NCBI RefSeq assembly: GCF_018350175.1
Contig: NC_058369.1
Span: forward strand, 21,206,001-21,270,000
DNA: 64,000 nucleotides
Source: Felis catus
Lineage: Eukaryota
Direction of reading: 5' to 3'
Shown: one piece after another, positions 37,201 through 50,446 of the stretch
How the letters are laid out: the number at the start of each line of letters is the position of its first letter
Numbering within the stretch: position 1 is the stretch's first letter
Notes under the pieces: generated by a model
Database searches by the model: none
What the model was told of the DNA's origin: nothing
The model's input: the letters and a program-made list of their open reading frames with translations, nothing else
Program-made: the position numbers and the translations under genes

Positions 37201-38215
37201 CTCGGGAGTATGATACTACTTCATGATGTCCCACGTTTCTATTTCTACTACTACCCAGAGCTAGCGGCATACACTATGAACGATATAAAAGAAATACAAC
37301 CCGTGGTCTTTTCCTTAAATTTGTGATCTAAGAAACCTTTTCTTAAGCACGATAGGGAAATCATATTTCCTGGAGCTATCTGGGCAATCATGCATGTAGT
37401 TCTATAGTACTACACAACAGTGTACCTTGTGCAATTATTTTCTTACATTGCTTCCACATAATTTCATTTGTTTTCAACCTGCCTCTTCTGGCCAGTAAGT
37501 TCCCGGCAGGGAGAGATGATGCCTAACCATTTTCCTTTATGGCCTGTAAGAGCAGAGTCTGGTGTTCTGCAAGCAATTGACACTCCATGAATGCCAGAAG
37601 ACTAAGGTAAAAATAAAAGCACCACACAATGATCACTGAGACTATAACATGGCAACTTGCAGGCTGTTTTCAAAATCATAAGTGACATGCAAAAGAATGG
37701 ATGCTATCAAAGAAACAAAACATGGGCAAGATCAGAGACTGAGGAGATGTATTCATGCTCGAGAAGCACTAACCCAACGCACAGGCGCCAATACAGGCTG
37801 ACATCACTTGGAATGTCAACATTGATTTTGATCCTTCCACCACCCCTCAATCTGTAAAAGACATCCTGAAAGGGAATCAGCATCCGCCAGCCTCTGGACC
37901 CTGGCGATGCCACCGTATTCCCGGCCTCAGCCTTCTGCTGCACAAGCAAAACCACAACGACTGGTGAGGGGGCTTGCTGCCCCTGGCAAAGCTGGCAACA
38001 AATTAAGGCTTCTGAACTACCTAGGCTAACTAATCCTGAATTGATTTTACCAACTATACTTCCAAACAACACTGCTTGCTTTATTCATAAAATAAACTGG
38101 CTCCCAAAAATAAACTGTCATTTCACATGCTTAAGTCTTCACTTTTCACCTTCTGACCATGCTACAGAAGTTATACTTTTAAAAATATGTTTATGCATAA
38201 AAAAGGACTGCACAC

Positions 38216-38260
38216 CTGGAGAGCCTCCTGAGACCCAACATCTCACTGTCAAGAGTGTTC
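38216..38260 (-). CDS. PBRM1: PBRM1 45-nt cassette exon (R-NTLDSEMLGLRRLS-S)
   Basis: TTTCCCAG acceptor, GTGTGC donor, phase 2-2, stop-free; resembles the recalled RNTHDSEMLGLRRLS insert of long mammalian isoforms. Confidence 0.85.
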
Positions 38261-40389
38261 CTGGGAAAGCAGAAACAAACATTACATGTGAAGAGAAACA
38301 AAACAAGCAATATCGGAGGATCATGTATAAACCAAATAAGGTTGCGAAAAAAGAAGATTCTTCAATCCAAAGGATAAAAGATATTAAGAATACTTGGAAT
38401 ATTTTAACCTGGAAGACAGCAGGTAGATTTTTGGGCAAAGGGGTGGGGGAGAAGAATGCACTCCCAGAATGAAGAAAACATACATTAATTGTTCTCATAC
38501 TCTGCGATATTAAAAAAAAAAAAAGGCAAAGATCAAGTCATACACAATATTCAGGAGTCATCAAGTCGAATGGTACTTGGAAAACCTGGCCCTGACTTCT
38601 GTGGACAAGCTGAACTTAACCTATTAGGCAGCTATGTTTGCCTGAATTCTGGAAAAAGTCTATTTCTCATCAGCAAAACCTCTTAACATAACTAGCTACC
38701 TTCTAAAGGCTCATTATGTTTCTTCCTTTGCCACACAGTTCAGAGTATAGGACTTGCTTCTCTCAACTTCTCAATGGCTGCTCATGCCTAGATTTCAAAA
38801 CCAGGTATGTTCTTTTACTGCCTGAGCTTTGATTTATGTTTGCTCTTGTGTTTTTCACCTCATTATTCAAAACACTTCCTAGGAAACCTGCTCATGGAGA
38901 CTTTTTGTCTGAAGTGGGATTTTTATGATTTCAACAACATAATTCTTAGTTTTGTTTTTAATGGGAGGTTTTAGAGTAATAACTTTCTTTTGATGTACTT
39001 GAGTTGTCCCACAAACTACAAGTGACAGAGAGAGATAGGTACTTTTAAGTTTCTGGCCTGGGCTAAGGCTTCTTCGGAACTGCTTTTTTAACACTCAACT
39101 AGTTTAAGATCTCTCTTTTCATTCAGTGTTGGCACTAACTGTACCATCACTTTTGCCTCCATTACCTTCTTTTGCCTTAGAAGTTTTTATCTTTGATGGG
39201 TGACTGATCTGGAAAACACAGGTGATGCTGTAGTAGAGTTATATAATTATACTCAAAGATGTTCTTGATTTGATGTCTCTGATCTGGTTTCACATTTTTC
39301 CTCCGTTGTCCCTGGTATAACAAGGAATTAAGAACTTGGAAGGATGAAATTCACAGGCCAGCAATGGAGGAGACTCACATCTCAGGGCACACCAATCAAT
39401 TTAATTCCCATGGCATAGCACAGCAGTTATTTTCAAAGCTAAAACATTTTTCCCAAATGCTATTTATAAGAGGAAAAGACAGGACAGCTTCTCTTTTGTA
39501 AGCCACTTCTTTAATCCTCTGATCTTAGTGGATCTATTAGTGCATGAACAGAACAGTGTCAACAGTTACTAGTAACTTCTTTATTCAACTTTGAACCTGT
39601 CCCCGCTATTAGTGATTAGCTTATTTCTTGTTTAAGGTGTCCTCCCTGGAGTGACTGCTGCTACAGAGATGGTGAAACAGTTAAGGCTGAGGGAGAATAT
39701 GGTGTTCCACGAAGGTCAAGCCAGAGAAACTATGTGTGGGAGGCGTAGATAGAAGAGATGTTCTTGTATGACTTTTTATGGAGTCCAGCTTCAGAATCTC
39801 ACAGTGAGGTGCCCTTCCATACAACCCGTGAGAGAAAGGAAGGGTTAGGGAAGTTCAGAGAGAGATTAGAAAGAGGAGAAAAGCAAACATCTGGCTTAGC
39901 ATTGTATGACCTACAAGAAGTTATGACTTGGTAGTTTACAATCTGACATCCTTAAAATGGCAAATAAAGATCAGATTCATAAGGAAAAACAAGGATGTAA
40001 GAGTATCAGTGACTTACTTCACTGCAGTGATAGTACTGAATGTTTTGCAATTCACCATGTAGAAATTACCTAAATCACATTTAAGTGGCACTCCTGAAAT
40101 GCCACATTAAACAAAATAACCCGGACAGCAAAAAGAGGAACACGTTCTTCCAAGCTACGTAAGTAGTCACCATTTTTCACCTTGATCATCTAACACCAGT
40201 ACGGTACTTGCACCAACAAAAGTGCTAATCATACAATTTACAAATGAATTCTAACAGAAGATGTGTTATTAGATAATTAAAGCTTATAAGAAAATTCATA
40301 CCTGATCGCTTAAAAACACATTTTTCTGCATTTCTCAAAAACAAAATAATAGAAACGGAGGTGTCTCCAGCTGTGAAAAGAGTGTGTAC

Positions 40390-40487
40390 CTTTTTCTTTT
40401 CGCGCTACCAGCGTCAGAGGTGGCCGAAGAGATCATGCTGTCTCCATCCTCAATGTCGTCCCTCCTGGCAAGCTCCTTTTTCTTTGC
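40390..40487 (-). CDS. PBRM1: PBRM1 exon, 98 nt (AKKKELARRDDIEDGDSMISSATSDAGSAKRK)
   Basis: Manual translation; CAG acceptor, GTACAC donor. Confidence 0.95.
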
Positions 40488-41600
40488 CTGAAACAGAGCA
40501 GATCCCCGGAGTCAAGCTCACGTGCTGAACACTCCTAGAATATATGATTATTAATAAGCTAGACATAGCAGATTCTTTTAGAAAAACACAACCGCATGGA
40601 GGATGCACAAAATTAGAGTCCGTAAAGATTTTCAATAACCCAATCAACAAAAGCCTGCTTGACAGAAAAATAGGTTAAAAAAACAGATCCAGAGGGCTGA
40701 GGAATCAACAATAACTAAAATGCAAGACTACAAAGGGCACAGACATTAAAAGCACTGAAGCAAGTTGTAGGGGCATCCGGCCCCAGGGGTCATTTTAAGT
40801 AAAGCCAATTCAAAGACGGTCTCTGGTACCCTTCACTTCTTAAGCAATGGTGTGGCTAAGAAGAAAGTTTAATGTGAGAGGTGAAAGAAGATCTACTTTT
40901 CAACACATGCATTTTTAAAGACCTTCTGCCAAACAGCTGAAAGTCCAACCACCGCACTTAGAGAAGATATACAGAGTACTGAAAGAAAATACTTGAAATC
41001 CACAGCACTCATGCTAGTACTGACTATACAAAATGAAGATTCTATAGGTGGTCTAAAATTGCTTTTGTTGCTTCCTTGCTCTGAGATTCTCTTTCCAGAA
41101 AGAGTCTACCCAAAACCAACAGACACACTTTGTATTTCGTATCTATTCCTTTATCTTTCAAAACCCATAAGGGACCCATGACTCCAGATGCCCATCAGAA
41201 AGGATCTGATAAATTCATGGACACTGTACAATGATGAATTAGCTCTAAGGTGTCCTTTCTCCTAGGACTAATCCCACCTTAGCAAAATCTAGGACAAAAG
41301 AAATAAAATCTAAATAACAGAATATTGTCTGTGATTGGAAGGAAACTTCCTGAGGACTGTAAAATTACTCCCCAGGCACAAATCCCCGCTCCTTCCACTC
41401 ACAAAGGCAACTAAGTCTAAACTATTCTTTTACTCTACATGGTCCTGACAACTCTAAAAAAGTACCCAGCAGGACTTGTGGCTGAAATAAATGATGTGTC
41501 AATGCTGGGAGAAATCACACCTCTTAAAAGCACAGCCTCGTACTTTGTGAAATCACCTCAGTCACACACGCTGCAGCCAAGCAAACCCAAGGCATCATAC

Positions 41601-41742
41601 CTGCATGACTTGCTGCAATCTTAGGACCCGCTTGTAGATGGCTGAGTTGGGAACATTATAACGCTTGGCATTTTCAAACATTAAATTCAGATCACACTCC
41701 AAATGATCTAAAGTTTCATATTCTTGGTTCTTGAGCTTTGTT
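41601..41742 (-). CDS. PBRM1: PBRM1 exon, 142 nt, second half of bromodomain 3 (TKLKNQEYETLDHLECDLNLMFENAKRYNVPNSAIYKRVLRLQQVMQ)
   Basis: Manual translation; CAG acceptor, GTATGA donor. Confidence 0.95.
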
Positions 41743-42360
41743 CTGTGAAAGACAAACACATAGCTACACTTTGCCTTTACGAAAACGATGGAACATCCTT
41801 ACTGAAAGTCTTAACAAGCAGTGACTGGCCTCTTCACTGGTGACGCTGATTAGAGGCCTGGTAGGGGCACTTTCAATACAGGAGGCAAAAGCACCATTGT
41901 AGTTAGCACAACAGTCTACCTGAAAATCCAGAAGAACGAAACACTAGAAGAAGTAATAAGAGGACCTAGGTGTCAAGGTGGTCAATTACAAAGCAAATAT
42001 ACTAGCAAAAACCCTAATGGAAAACCCATAGTGGCTAATATTCAAACCCCAAGAAGAGAAAAAAAATCAAGGAGGTTTTAAGCTACCTTAATGAAGAACC
42101 ATGGTGATCTAGCCACTTCTGAAAATAAAAGTCCGTTCCCATTCATAAGGGTGAAAGAAAAGAGAAAGTACTGGCAACACCATGAAAGAGCAACTCAGGG
42201 GATACATGTACGTACAACGAAGATATCTTAAGATGGTAAATGAGACGCACACACGTCAGAGTCCATTCACTACCACCCTTCCAATACAAACATTTGTAAC
42301 TCATTATGATGGCTTAAAATTGACGTTTTTACTTATTTTACTTAAAAGTCTTAAGAATTC

Positions 42361-42573
42361 TTTTTTTTTTTAGTTTTTTTTTTAACGTTTATTTATTTTT
42401 GAGAGAGAGAGCATGCAAGCAGGGGAGGGGCAGAGTGAGAGGGAGACACAGAATCTGAAGCAGGCTCCAGGTTCCGAGCTGTCAGCACAGAGCCCAATGT
42501 GGGGCTTGAACTCACAAGCTATGACACATCATGACTGGAGTCGAAGTCGCTCAACCGAGCCACCCAGGCACCC
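42361..42573 (-). mobile_element. Can-SINE
   Basis: TSD aaaagYcttaagaattc. Confidence 0.9.
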
Positions 42574-43190
42574 CAAAAGCCTTAAGAATTCTGATATGTC
42601 TCTCAGACACTATGGCTATTGCTAATACCAACTCTCATAAAGTCCCTTATACATTTTATATGAAGTTAAGAGCCAGTTTGCCCTAACTATATGCACTTAG
42701 GATAGACTTTGAAATCTTCTGATGGAAGCACCCACAAACTATGTGCAGATTCCATGTGGGCTTAAAAAGACACGAGTGTTAGAGGACATCTCTGGGATGA
42801 AGCAAACAACAACGATGCAGAAACTCAGTTCTCAGTACCAGCTTATGTAGCTAGCACCCAGAACTTAAATTACAGCCTCAGACATCATTATTCAGGCCAA
42901 CTCCAGGGGTAATGTGCTGAGTATTCTCAATACCCACGAAGAACAGACATGGAACTCAAACTTGTAAGTGACAATCTACAGTAAATCTTCAGATATTCAT
43001 CAGACTGATGTTAATCAAGCATAGTAGGGGTGGGATGGGCCGAATGGGAAATAAAAGACGGGGCTGACAAGCCTCAGCACAGTGAAAGGTGGCATATGGA
43101 GCCACACTGTCTAGTTCCTGACCACTCTTCCATTTCTGTTGCTTTTGATGACACTCAACTATCATACTTCTGCCAACAAATCTTCCTAGG

Positions 43191-43386
43191 ACTAGGCTAT
43201 ATAATAGAGTAGCCACTAGCCACGTGTAGCTATTTAAACCAAAATAAAATTTAAAATCTAGTTCCTTAGTTGCACCTGCCACATATCAAGTGCTCCATAG
43301 TCACGTGTGACTAGTGGCTGCCATAATGGACAGGGCAGAGAAAATAGCATTTCCACCATCACAGAAAGTTCTAGTCGGCAGTACTG
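43191..43386. mobile_element. MER3 hAT-Charlie MITE
   Basis: Internal inverted repeats tagccactagccacgtg / cacgtgtgactagtggctg and catttccaccatcacagaaagttcta. Confidence 0.85.
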
Positions 43387-44319
43387 CTGTCAATTTCCCT
43401 GTTGCTCCTATGGAGAGACAACGGAAGGTGGTCCAGCTCCTGTCAGGCACCACTGGCCTGTGGGTCCTTAGAAAGGAGGTAGATGAGTCACCCTAAAAGC
43501 TGACCCTGCAGAATTCTACTGTGCTCCCAGCTAGTTCTCAGCCACTTCTCCATTCCTCACACTCCCCTACCTGTGTGCCAGACAACTGTCAAAAAGTAAA
43601 TTTAAAAAGGGGGAAGGCACAGAATTATTGACTTAACAAAGCAAGGTTTATACTAGAAAATTTTAACCAGAAGAAGGTTGTAGGCAGGTGACTGAGTTGG
43701 CTTGAAATATGTCTTCTTTTGAATTAATTAATTAGACTGAACAACAACAAAGACTGAGGGAGAAAAGAAACTAAGGACAAAAATTGCTGAGTTAAAAGAG
43801 AACCTCTCAACATCTAGAAGACTGCACTACCTTTTCCAAAATAAAGAGTATAAAAGACAATTTCCAAATGATTTTCTTCATGAATGGCAGCTTTAATTTC
43901 AATATTATTTTAAGAGGGCAAAATAAACTGATTTTCTATTATCCTACCTGTGTACAAAACCTCCCAAGTTTGGATTAAGTAAAAACACCATAAATTTTAC
44001 TGATCAAATGATGAACATGGAAATTACAAATGCAAAACCAGGAAACACCTGTTGCTAGCCAAACTTATTTTCTAGGATTCAGCAAGTATAAGAATTTTAA
44101 TTTCTATTATTTGGAAAGTGAGTTACCTGCCCTGGTAAATACCAGCTTAGTGTGATTTTACCCAATTATTTTTGTGTTGTTACCTCTATTTAGGTATACT
44201 GTAAAACCTAACCCACACTGTGAGAGTTACAATATTACTTATTTCCTATTATTTTTAATAATGTGGTGGTTTCAGTATTCTGTCTGGCTGATTTCCCAAT
44301 GATTCTTTATTTGTTTGTT

Positions 44320-44645
44320 TATTTAAAAGTAGTCTCCATGCCCAATGTGGGGCTAGAACTCACAACCCTGAGATCAAGAGTTACCATCCTCTACCAACGG
44401 AGCCAGCCAGTCATCCCTCAATGGTAATTTTCTTTTTTTTTTAAGTTTATTTATTTTTGAGAGAGTGAGAGAGAGAATGCACACAAGCAGGGGAGGGGCA
44501 GAGAGAGAGGAAGAGAGAGGATCCCAAGCAGGCTCTGCACTATCAGCACAGAGCCCCACAAGGGGCCTGAACCCACAAACTGTGAGATCATGACCTGAGC
44601 CAAAATCAAGAGTTGGATGCTTAACCAACTGAGCCACCTAGGCTC
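44320..44645 (-). mobile_element. Short Can-SINE (44320-44418) plus Can-SINE (44432-44645)
   Basis: Two tandem heads. Confidence 0.85.
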
Positions 44646-45134
44646 TTCTGATTATTTTACCATTTTCTATACAGAAAAGGGAAACCAAGATGGGCCATCT
44701 TTCAGGTATTGTTTCAAATAATGAATTCTCTAAGAGCTAACTATATTCTGGGGGCTCAACTGTAAATACAAAATTTAAATACAGTTAAACTGTTATAATT
44801 AAAATATCACTGAGAGGTATAAGCAGCAAGATTTTTGTGTTTTGCTCAGTTGTAAGAAAATGAACAGTTAAATTCTGAGCTATATGACTTTTGAGTTGCC
44901 TAGCTGGAATAACTTTGGTTCACTTGCCTTGACTCTACTGTAGTACAAAGAATACCATTTGAATGTAATCAAATTTATTTCTCACCCTTCACACAGGAGT
45001 AATATTCAAGCATACTCTAGACATGCAAACATTTTTACCTTTAAAATCCTTATCCACTTTAGGAAGGAGACAGATATGCAGGGCTCAACCATAAGAAAAT
45101 GGATTTCTACGGAATAATGTAGAAGACATCTTAC

Positions 45135-45348
45135 CTGATCTGTTGTAGGGATATGGGCATTTTAATTTGCTGATAATAATCAGGGTATTTTTTCTTTGAA
45201 GGCAAATGAAAAAAAGGTTCAGCTATAAGCTGCCCTTGGTTATTCCGACAGCTCCTAACTGTGTCATAAAGCTGATAAAAAGGATTTGAAACATCCATAA
45301 ATGAAGTAATGCTCTCTGCTTCCGACTCTCCTTCTTCATAACGTGCAG
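45135..45348 (-). CDS. PBRM1: PBRM1 exon, 214 nt, first half of bromodomain 3 (ARYEEGESEAESITSFMDVSNPFYQLYDTV...PISLQQI)
   Basis: Manual translation; TAG acceptor, GTAAGA donor. Confidence 0.95.
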
Positions 45349-45599
45349 CTAAATAAAAGACAAAAAAGGTATTTATTTATAAGGGGAAGAGAGAACCAAC
45401 CTTTAAAGCTTCTAACCACCTTCCAGCTTAAACTTATGTATGTTTGAGAATACTTACATTAAAAGAATAGTTTCCAGCCCTCATTAAAGACGCTGTTAGT
45501 AATGCTTAATTGTATGTGTAGAGAAACGTTACACAGAAACAGAATAAAATGTTACACAGAATATGTTATACTGTTTTTTAAAAGTTACAAAATACTTTC

Positions 45600-45820
45600 T
45601 TTAAAAAAAATTTTTTTTAATGTTTATTTATTTTGGAGAATGACAGAGATAGAGCATGAGTGGGGGAGAGTCGGAAAGAGAGGGAGACACAGAGTCCGAA
45701 GCAGGCTCCAGGCTCTGAGCTGTCAGCACAGAGCCCAACGCGGGGCCCGAACTCACAAACGGTGAGATCATGACCTGAGCCGAAGTCAGACGCCCAAACG
45801 ACTGAGCCACCCAGGTGCCC
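45600..45820 (-). mobile_element. Can-SINE
   Basis: Flanked by caaaataStttct copies. Confidence 0.9.
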
Positions 45821-46481
45821 CAAAATAGTTTCTCTTTTTTAAATGTGACTCCTTTAGAGACTCCTTGCTGTATGTGTCTGGCCAAGAAAAGCAGCAACCA
45901 GCCATACACAGATCTCAGAACTAAAGCAACAGCATGCAGTTTATGGTCATAGAAATGTATACTGATGTTGGGTTGATATTGGTAGATCTGGTTTTGCTTT
46001 AACTCTGTGTGATTTTGCCCCACTGATCTATAGCATCCCGTAAGAATGAGGTCTTCCCTTATTGAGGGAAGTTTCAGATAGAAGCTTATCATAAAAACAC
46101 CAAAACAAACAACATATAGTCATTTTTATAGAAAAACAAAATATATTCTTCATTTCCCTAAATTCTATAACAGCATATAAGGACCATAATTTTTCTTAAT
46201 CAAAATCACTACTGTTCCCAGGTGAGAATGACAATCATTTATTAATTAAGTACTCAGTTACAGTGTTAAAAGATGGGTACACTACCAGTCTCAGGGGATT
46301 TGAGAGAGGCTCTGGATCTAGTCATGGAGACAGAAGCAAAGAGAGGATCTGAAACTAGTTTTTTCTGACCCTACTACTGCTGACTTTCTCTGTAGAGAGC
46401 TTGCACATACGTAGTTGATTTATATACCTAGATATGTTTTGCTGCTACTTCAACCCTATCTTTAAAAAATTACATTTTCTC

Positions 46482-46690
46482 GGGCGCCTGGGTGGCTCAG
46501 TCGGTTGAGCGTCCGACTTCAGCTCAGGTCATGATCTCATAGTCCGTGAGTTCGAGCCCCATGTCGGGCTCTGTGTGGACAGCTCAGAGCCTGGGGCCTG
46601 CTTCCGATTCTGTGTCTCCCTCTCTCTCTGCCCCTAACCCACTCGCATTCTGTCTCCGTCTCTCTCAAAAATAAACATTAAGAAAAAAAA
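46482..46690 (+). mobile_element. Can-SINE
   Basis: TSD aaaaaattacattttct. Confidence 0.92.
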
Positions 46691-47220
46691 ATTACATTTT
46701 CTTTTTGTGGTTGATTCCAGAAATTAAATAAATTTTTAGATAATGATCTTATATCTAGCACCTTATTCTTATTAATTCCAATAATTTATCTGTATAGTCT
46801 TTTCAGTAGAAAACTCAAAAAACAATCTTTCAACTGCAATCTTTATAAATCCTTCTTCTGATTCTTACTCCTTCATTGTTGTCTGGCCTCTAATCAAAAG
46901 AGGTAACGACATTCTTACTTACAGTAAAGGGAATGCTGTAAGTATTTCCCTTGTGCTCTTTTTACCTTTTCTAATACTGCAGTGACCTAGCATTCCTGGA
47001 GCAAAACCAACTGTGTCATCATGCATTATCTTTTACAAATACTGCTAGATACAGTGTGTTTCTTTTTGTTTAGTTTGGATATCTAGGTTCTATTGGATTT
47101 AAAAAATAAACTGGAGAGCTCCTTTTTGGAGCTCCTTTTCTATTCTATGCAGGAGTTTGTATATAATTCTGTTCCTTGAATGTCTGGCCTGGTGTTTTTA
47201 TGGGAAAAGATTTATAATAA

Positions 47221-47705
47221 TTTTTTTTTAATTTTTTTTTAACATTTATTTATTTTTGAGAGAGAGAGAGACAGCATGAACGGGGGAGGGGCAGAGAGAG
47301 AGGGAGACACAGAATCGGAAGCAGGCTCCAGGCTCTGAGCCATCAGCCTAGAGCCCGACGCGGGGCTCGAACTCACGGACCGCGAGATCGTGACCTGAGC
47401 CGAAGTCGGACACTTAACCGACTGAGCCACCCAGGCGCCCCTATAATAATTTTTTTAATGCTGATACAACTAATAAGCCTTTTTCTTCTTGAATCTGTTT
47501 TAGGTTTGTTTACTTATTTATTTATTTAATTTATGGGGGAGCGCAAGTGGGGGAGGGGTAGAGAGATGGGCACAGAGGATCTGAAGCGGGCTCCACGTTG
47601 ACACAGACAGCAGTGAGCCTGATGTGGGGCTTGAACTCATGAACTGCGAGACTGTGACCTGTGCCAAAGTCGGACACTCAACTGACTAAAACACCCAGGT
47701 GCCCC
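47221..47705 (-). mobile_element. Two Can-SINEs (47221-47441 young; 47510-47705 older)
   Basis: Two complete heads; first has TSD tataataatttttttt. Confidence 0.88.
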
Positions 47706-48879
47706 AGGTATTTATCACTTTCTAGGAGTTTGCCCATTTCATCTAAATGTTCAAATTTGTTTGCATAAAGCAGTTCATACATTCTTTCTAATCTGTATGC
47801 TCCCTGTTTCCCCTAGTATTTTTTATTTGTTCTTCGGTTTCTTTCTTGATATTCTCACCACAGATTTGCCTATTTTATTAACAGTTGTAACAGAAAAACT
47901 TTGACTTCACTGATCTTCTCTACTATAGGTTTCCTTTCAAACAAATTCGTTTCTGCTCTTAGCTTTCTTACCTTTTTTTCTATGTCTCTGCTTTTATTCT
48001 CTTATTATTTACTTATGTTGGGTGCTTAGTTCATTGACTTTCAGTTGCTTTTCTAAACAGAAGCAATCAGCCCTGTAAGTTTCCCTCCAAAATAGCCCTT
48101 TAGTGTATCCCTACTGTTTTGACATATATTATGTTCATTATTGCTATTGTTCAATTTCAGGTAATTAAATTTCTATTATAGTTTTTCTTTTTTAAAAAGA
48201 GAAACCCAAACATTTGGAATTTTTTCTCTTTCCTAAGTGTTTGGTTTTTTAAATTTTATCTTTTCAAGATTGGGTGCTTATGATAGGTGCATTATGGTCA
48301 GAAATTTGGTCTGTAAAATACCCAACTTTCAAATTGGTTGAAATTTGTTTCATGGCTAAGTACATGGGCAATTTTTATGACTGTTCTATGTGAATCTGAG
48401 AAGAACATGTATTCTCTAACTGCAGAACATTTGCCTGTTTATATTGATCTTGTTGTCTTAGGCTGCTCTGATTGTAATTTATGTCTATCTTTAATCAGAA
48501 GCTCCTGCCAAGAAGAAACTATAGCTTACTAAAAATGTAAGGCAGTGGCCTAGAAATCTAAGATGGCGTGAATGTCTCTCTCGGGTTTCCTGATGGCATC
48601 ACTAGTACTCACTATTTATCATTTATAGGCTTGAAACCGGGATGTGCTAAGGCTAGCAAACCAACTGTTGGGCAAAAGTATTTACTTATTAGGTACAAGC
48701 TATAACATAAAATAAACAAGCTTTTGATAAGTTTGCCAACCAAAGAGCGAATCAAAATGCAACAAAATAGCATGTACTCCAAAACTGACAAACTCCCAGA
48801 CAGACCAAAGTTACTGTAACTTCCCTTCACCAGAAGGATCAGCTGAGAAGGCATTAACTTGTCAAGACCTAACACCTAC

Positions 48880-48968
48880 CAGCTAAAGCATCCTCCTCAC
48901 TTTCTGAGCCATACTGAAGTGCCATGGTAATTGCTGACAAACGACCCCCTTGGACTGTTCTTTTATTT
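48880..48968 (-). CDS. PBRM1: PBRM1 exon, 89 nt (NKRTVQGGRLSAITMALQYGSESEEDALA)
   Basis: Manual translation; TAG acceptor, GTAGGT donor, phase 2-1 matches neighbours. Confidence 0.93.
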
Positions 48969-49598
48969 CTACAAAGAAAAACAAGCAATCAGAAGACAGG
49001 AAAAAATGTTATAATAATTTGGTTACCTTACAGGAAATAGGAACTATTAACAAAGCATTCACATAAAAAAAAAAAAAAAAGAATTTCTATTCAACTGTGT
49101 GCTCAATTTATCTTTATACTTTTTATATTCCCCATAATCAATCTAAGCCAAGAAGACCAATTTTTCTCTCTCAGGGTGGTAGAAAGCCTAAAGTAGGCTA
49201 CTTGCAATTGTGTGTTACTTAAATGTAGCACTACTCTTTATTTTATGAAAAATACAGATTCATTCATAATTACTGGTTAATTCTCTTCTAAGATGATCAT
49301 ATTCTACAGTGAAAAGAAATCTTACTTTTGATACCAAATCTTTTAGTATTTTACCACACATTTATTTTATTGTAAATATTAAACACTACCAGACAAACAA
49401 CTTATGCCTATGCATTTTTCAGAGGTGAGATCAGCCCAACTATAGCACTTAACTTTTAAAAAGGCATTTGATAACAATTCTCATAATAACCCAATTATAC
49501 CCAAAAGAAGTATTTCAAGATAGCCATCAGGCAAACACTAATATGCCTCGCCTCAAAAACATGGTCAGTTCTCAGATTAAACACACTCACTCTCTCAC

Positions 49599-49694
49599 CG
49601 GTAATACTTGCTAGTGGGATTTCTCTCTTCACTAAGGCTGCCTTTACTGTGTGAAGGACCTGTCAGCCTGGCTGTGGCCAAATTTGATGGAGTC
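49599..49694 (-). CDS. PBRM1: PBRM1 exon, 96 nt (TPSNLATARLTGPSHSKGSLSEERNPTSKYYR)
   Basis: 3' part of ORF 49595..49930; TAG acceptor, GTGAGA donor, symmetric phase 2-2. Confidence 0.94.
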
Positions 49695-50446
49695 CTATCA
49701 CAGATAAGATAAAAAACCTTAGAAAATTGACAGCTGAAATCAGAATGCTGGGTAGACAAAAAGGAAACAAGCATTTTTTGGTTTGTTTCTAAATAGAAAT
49801 GTTCAAGTATTTCTGAGCCTCCACAGCAGGCTTTGTTCCAAAGCCTGAAGACTGCAGAAGAGAATGGACCAGGGCTGGTCCTAGAGAGCTCAAGGTCCCT
49901 GCAGTGACAGAGGATCTGGTAATGAAACAAATGTCAGGGTCAGGAGAAAGCTTTGAAAGCAGCCACTCCAGCTTCCATATCCAGTAGGAAGAAATGGAAT
50001 CCAAGAAATAAGACTTGTTCAAAGTCCTGGAAGAGCCAGGATGATACTTTAGATCTCCTGACACCTAGCTATATGCTCTCGCTGCTGATATAAATATGTA
50101 CTATTATGTGTTACATACAAATATCATATTACACATGCACTTATCATATATGTGTTATATACATATTATATATAGTATATATAAAAACAAATATATACAT
50201 ACATAGTAATAAAAGTAGATAGTGATGTTAAGCCTCAAAAATTGTTTCTTTTTAAATAAAGTCTTTCAGCTGCAACGAAGGGGCTGGGTAAGAGTTAATC
50301 TCTCTTCTCTTCAGAATTACATTACTAACTGTAAACATAATCTTTGAATGCAACATACATTTTGTTTTACACTGCACTGATTCCACTAGCTGGAAAATTT
50401 GGCAAATAATAAAGGCACAAGGATTTTAAACATTTTAAAAACATAC

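Noticed and set aside
37707..38072. 121-aa minus-strand ORF near the microexon
   Set aside because: Non-ATG start, no recognisable homology and no convincing splice sites linking it to PBRM1
47116..47140. GAGCTCC-TTTTT-GGAGCTC hairpin followed by Ts, resembling an intrinsic terminator
   Set aside because: Mammalian intron; explained by a short duplication of a palindromic site in decayed repeat sequence
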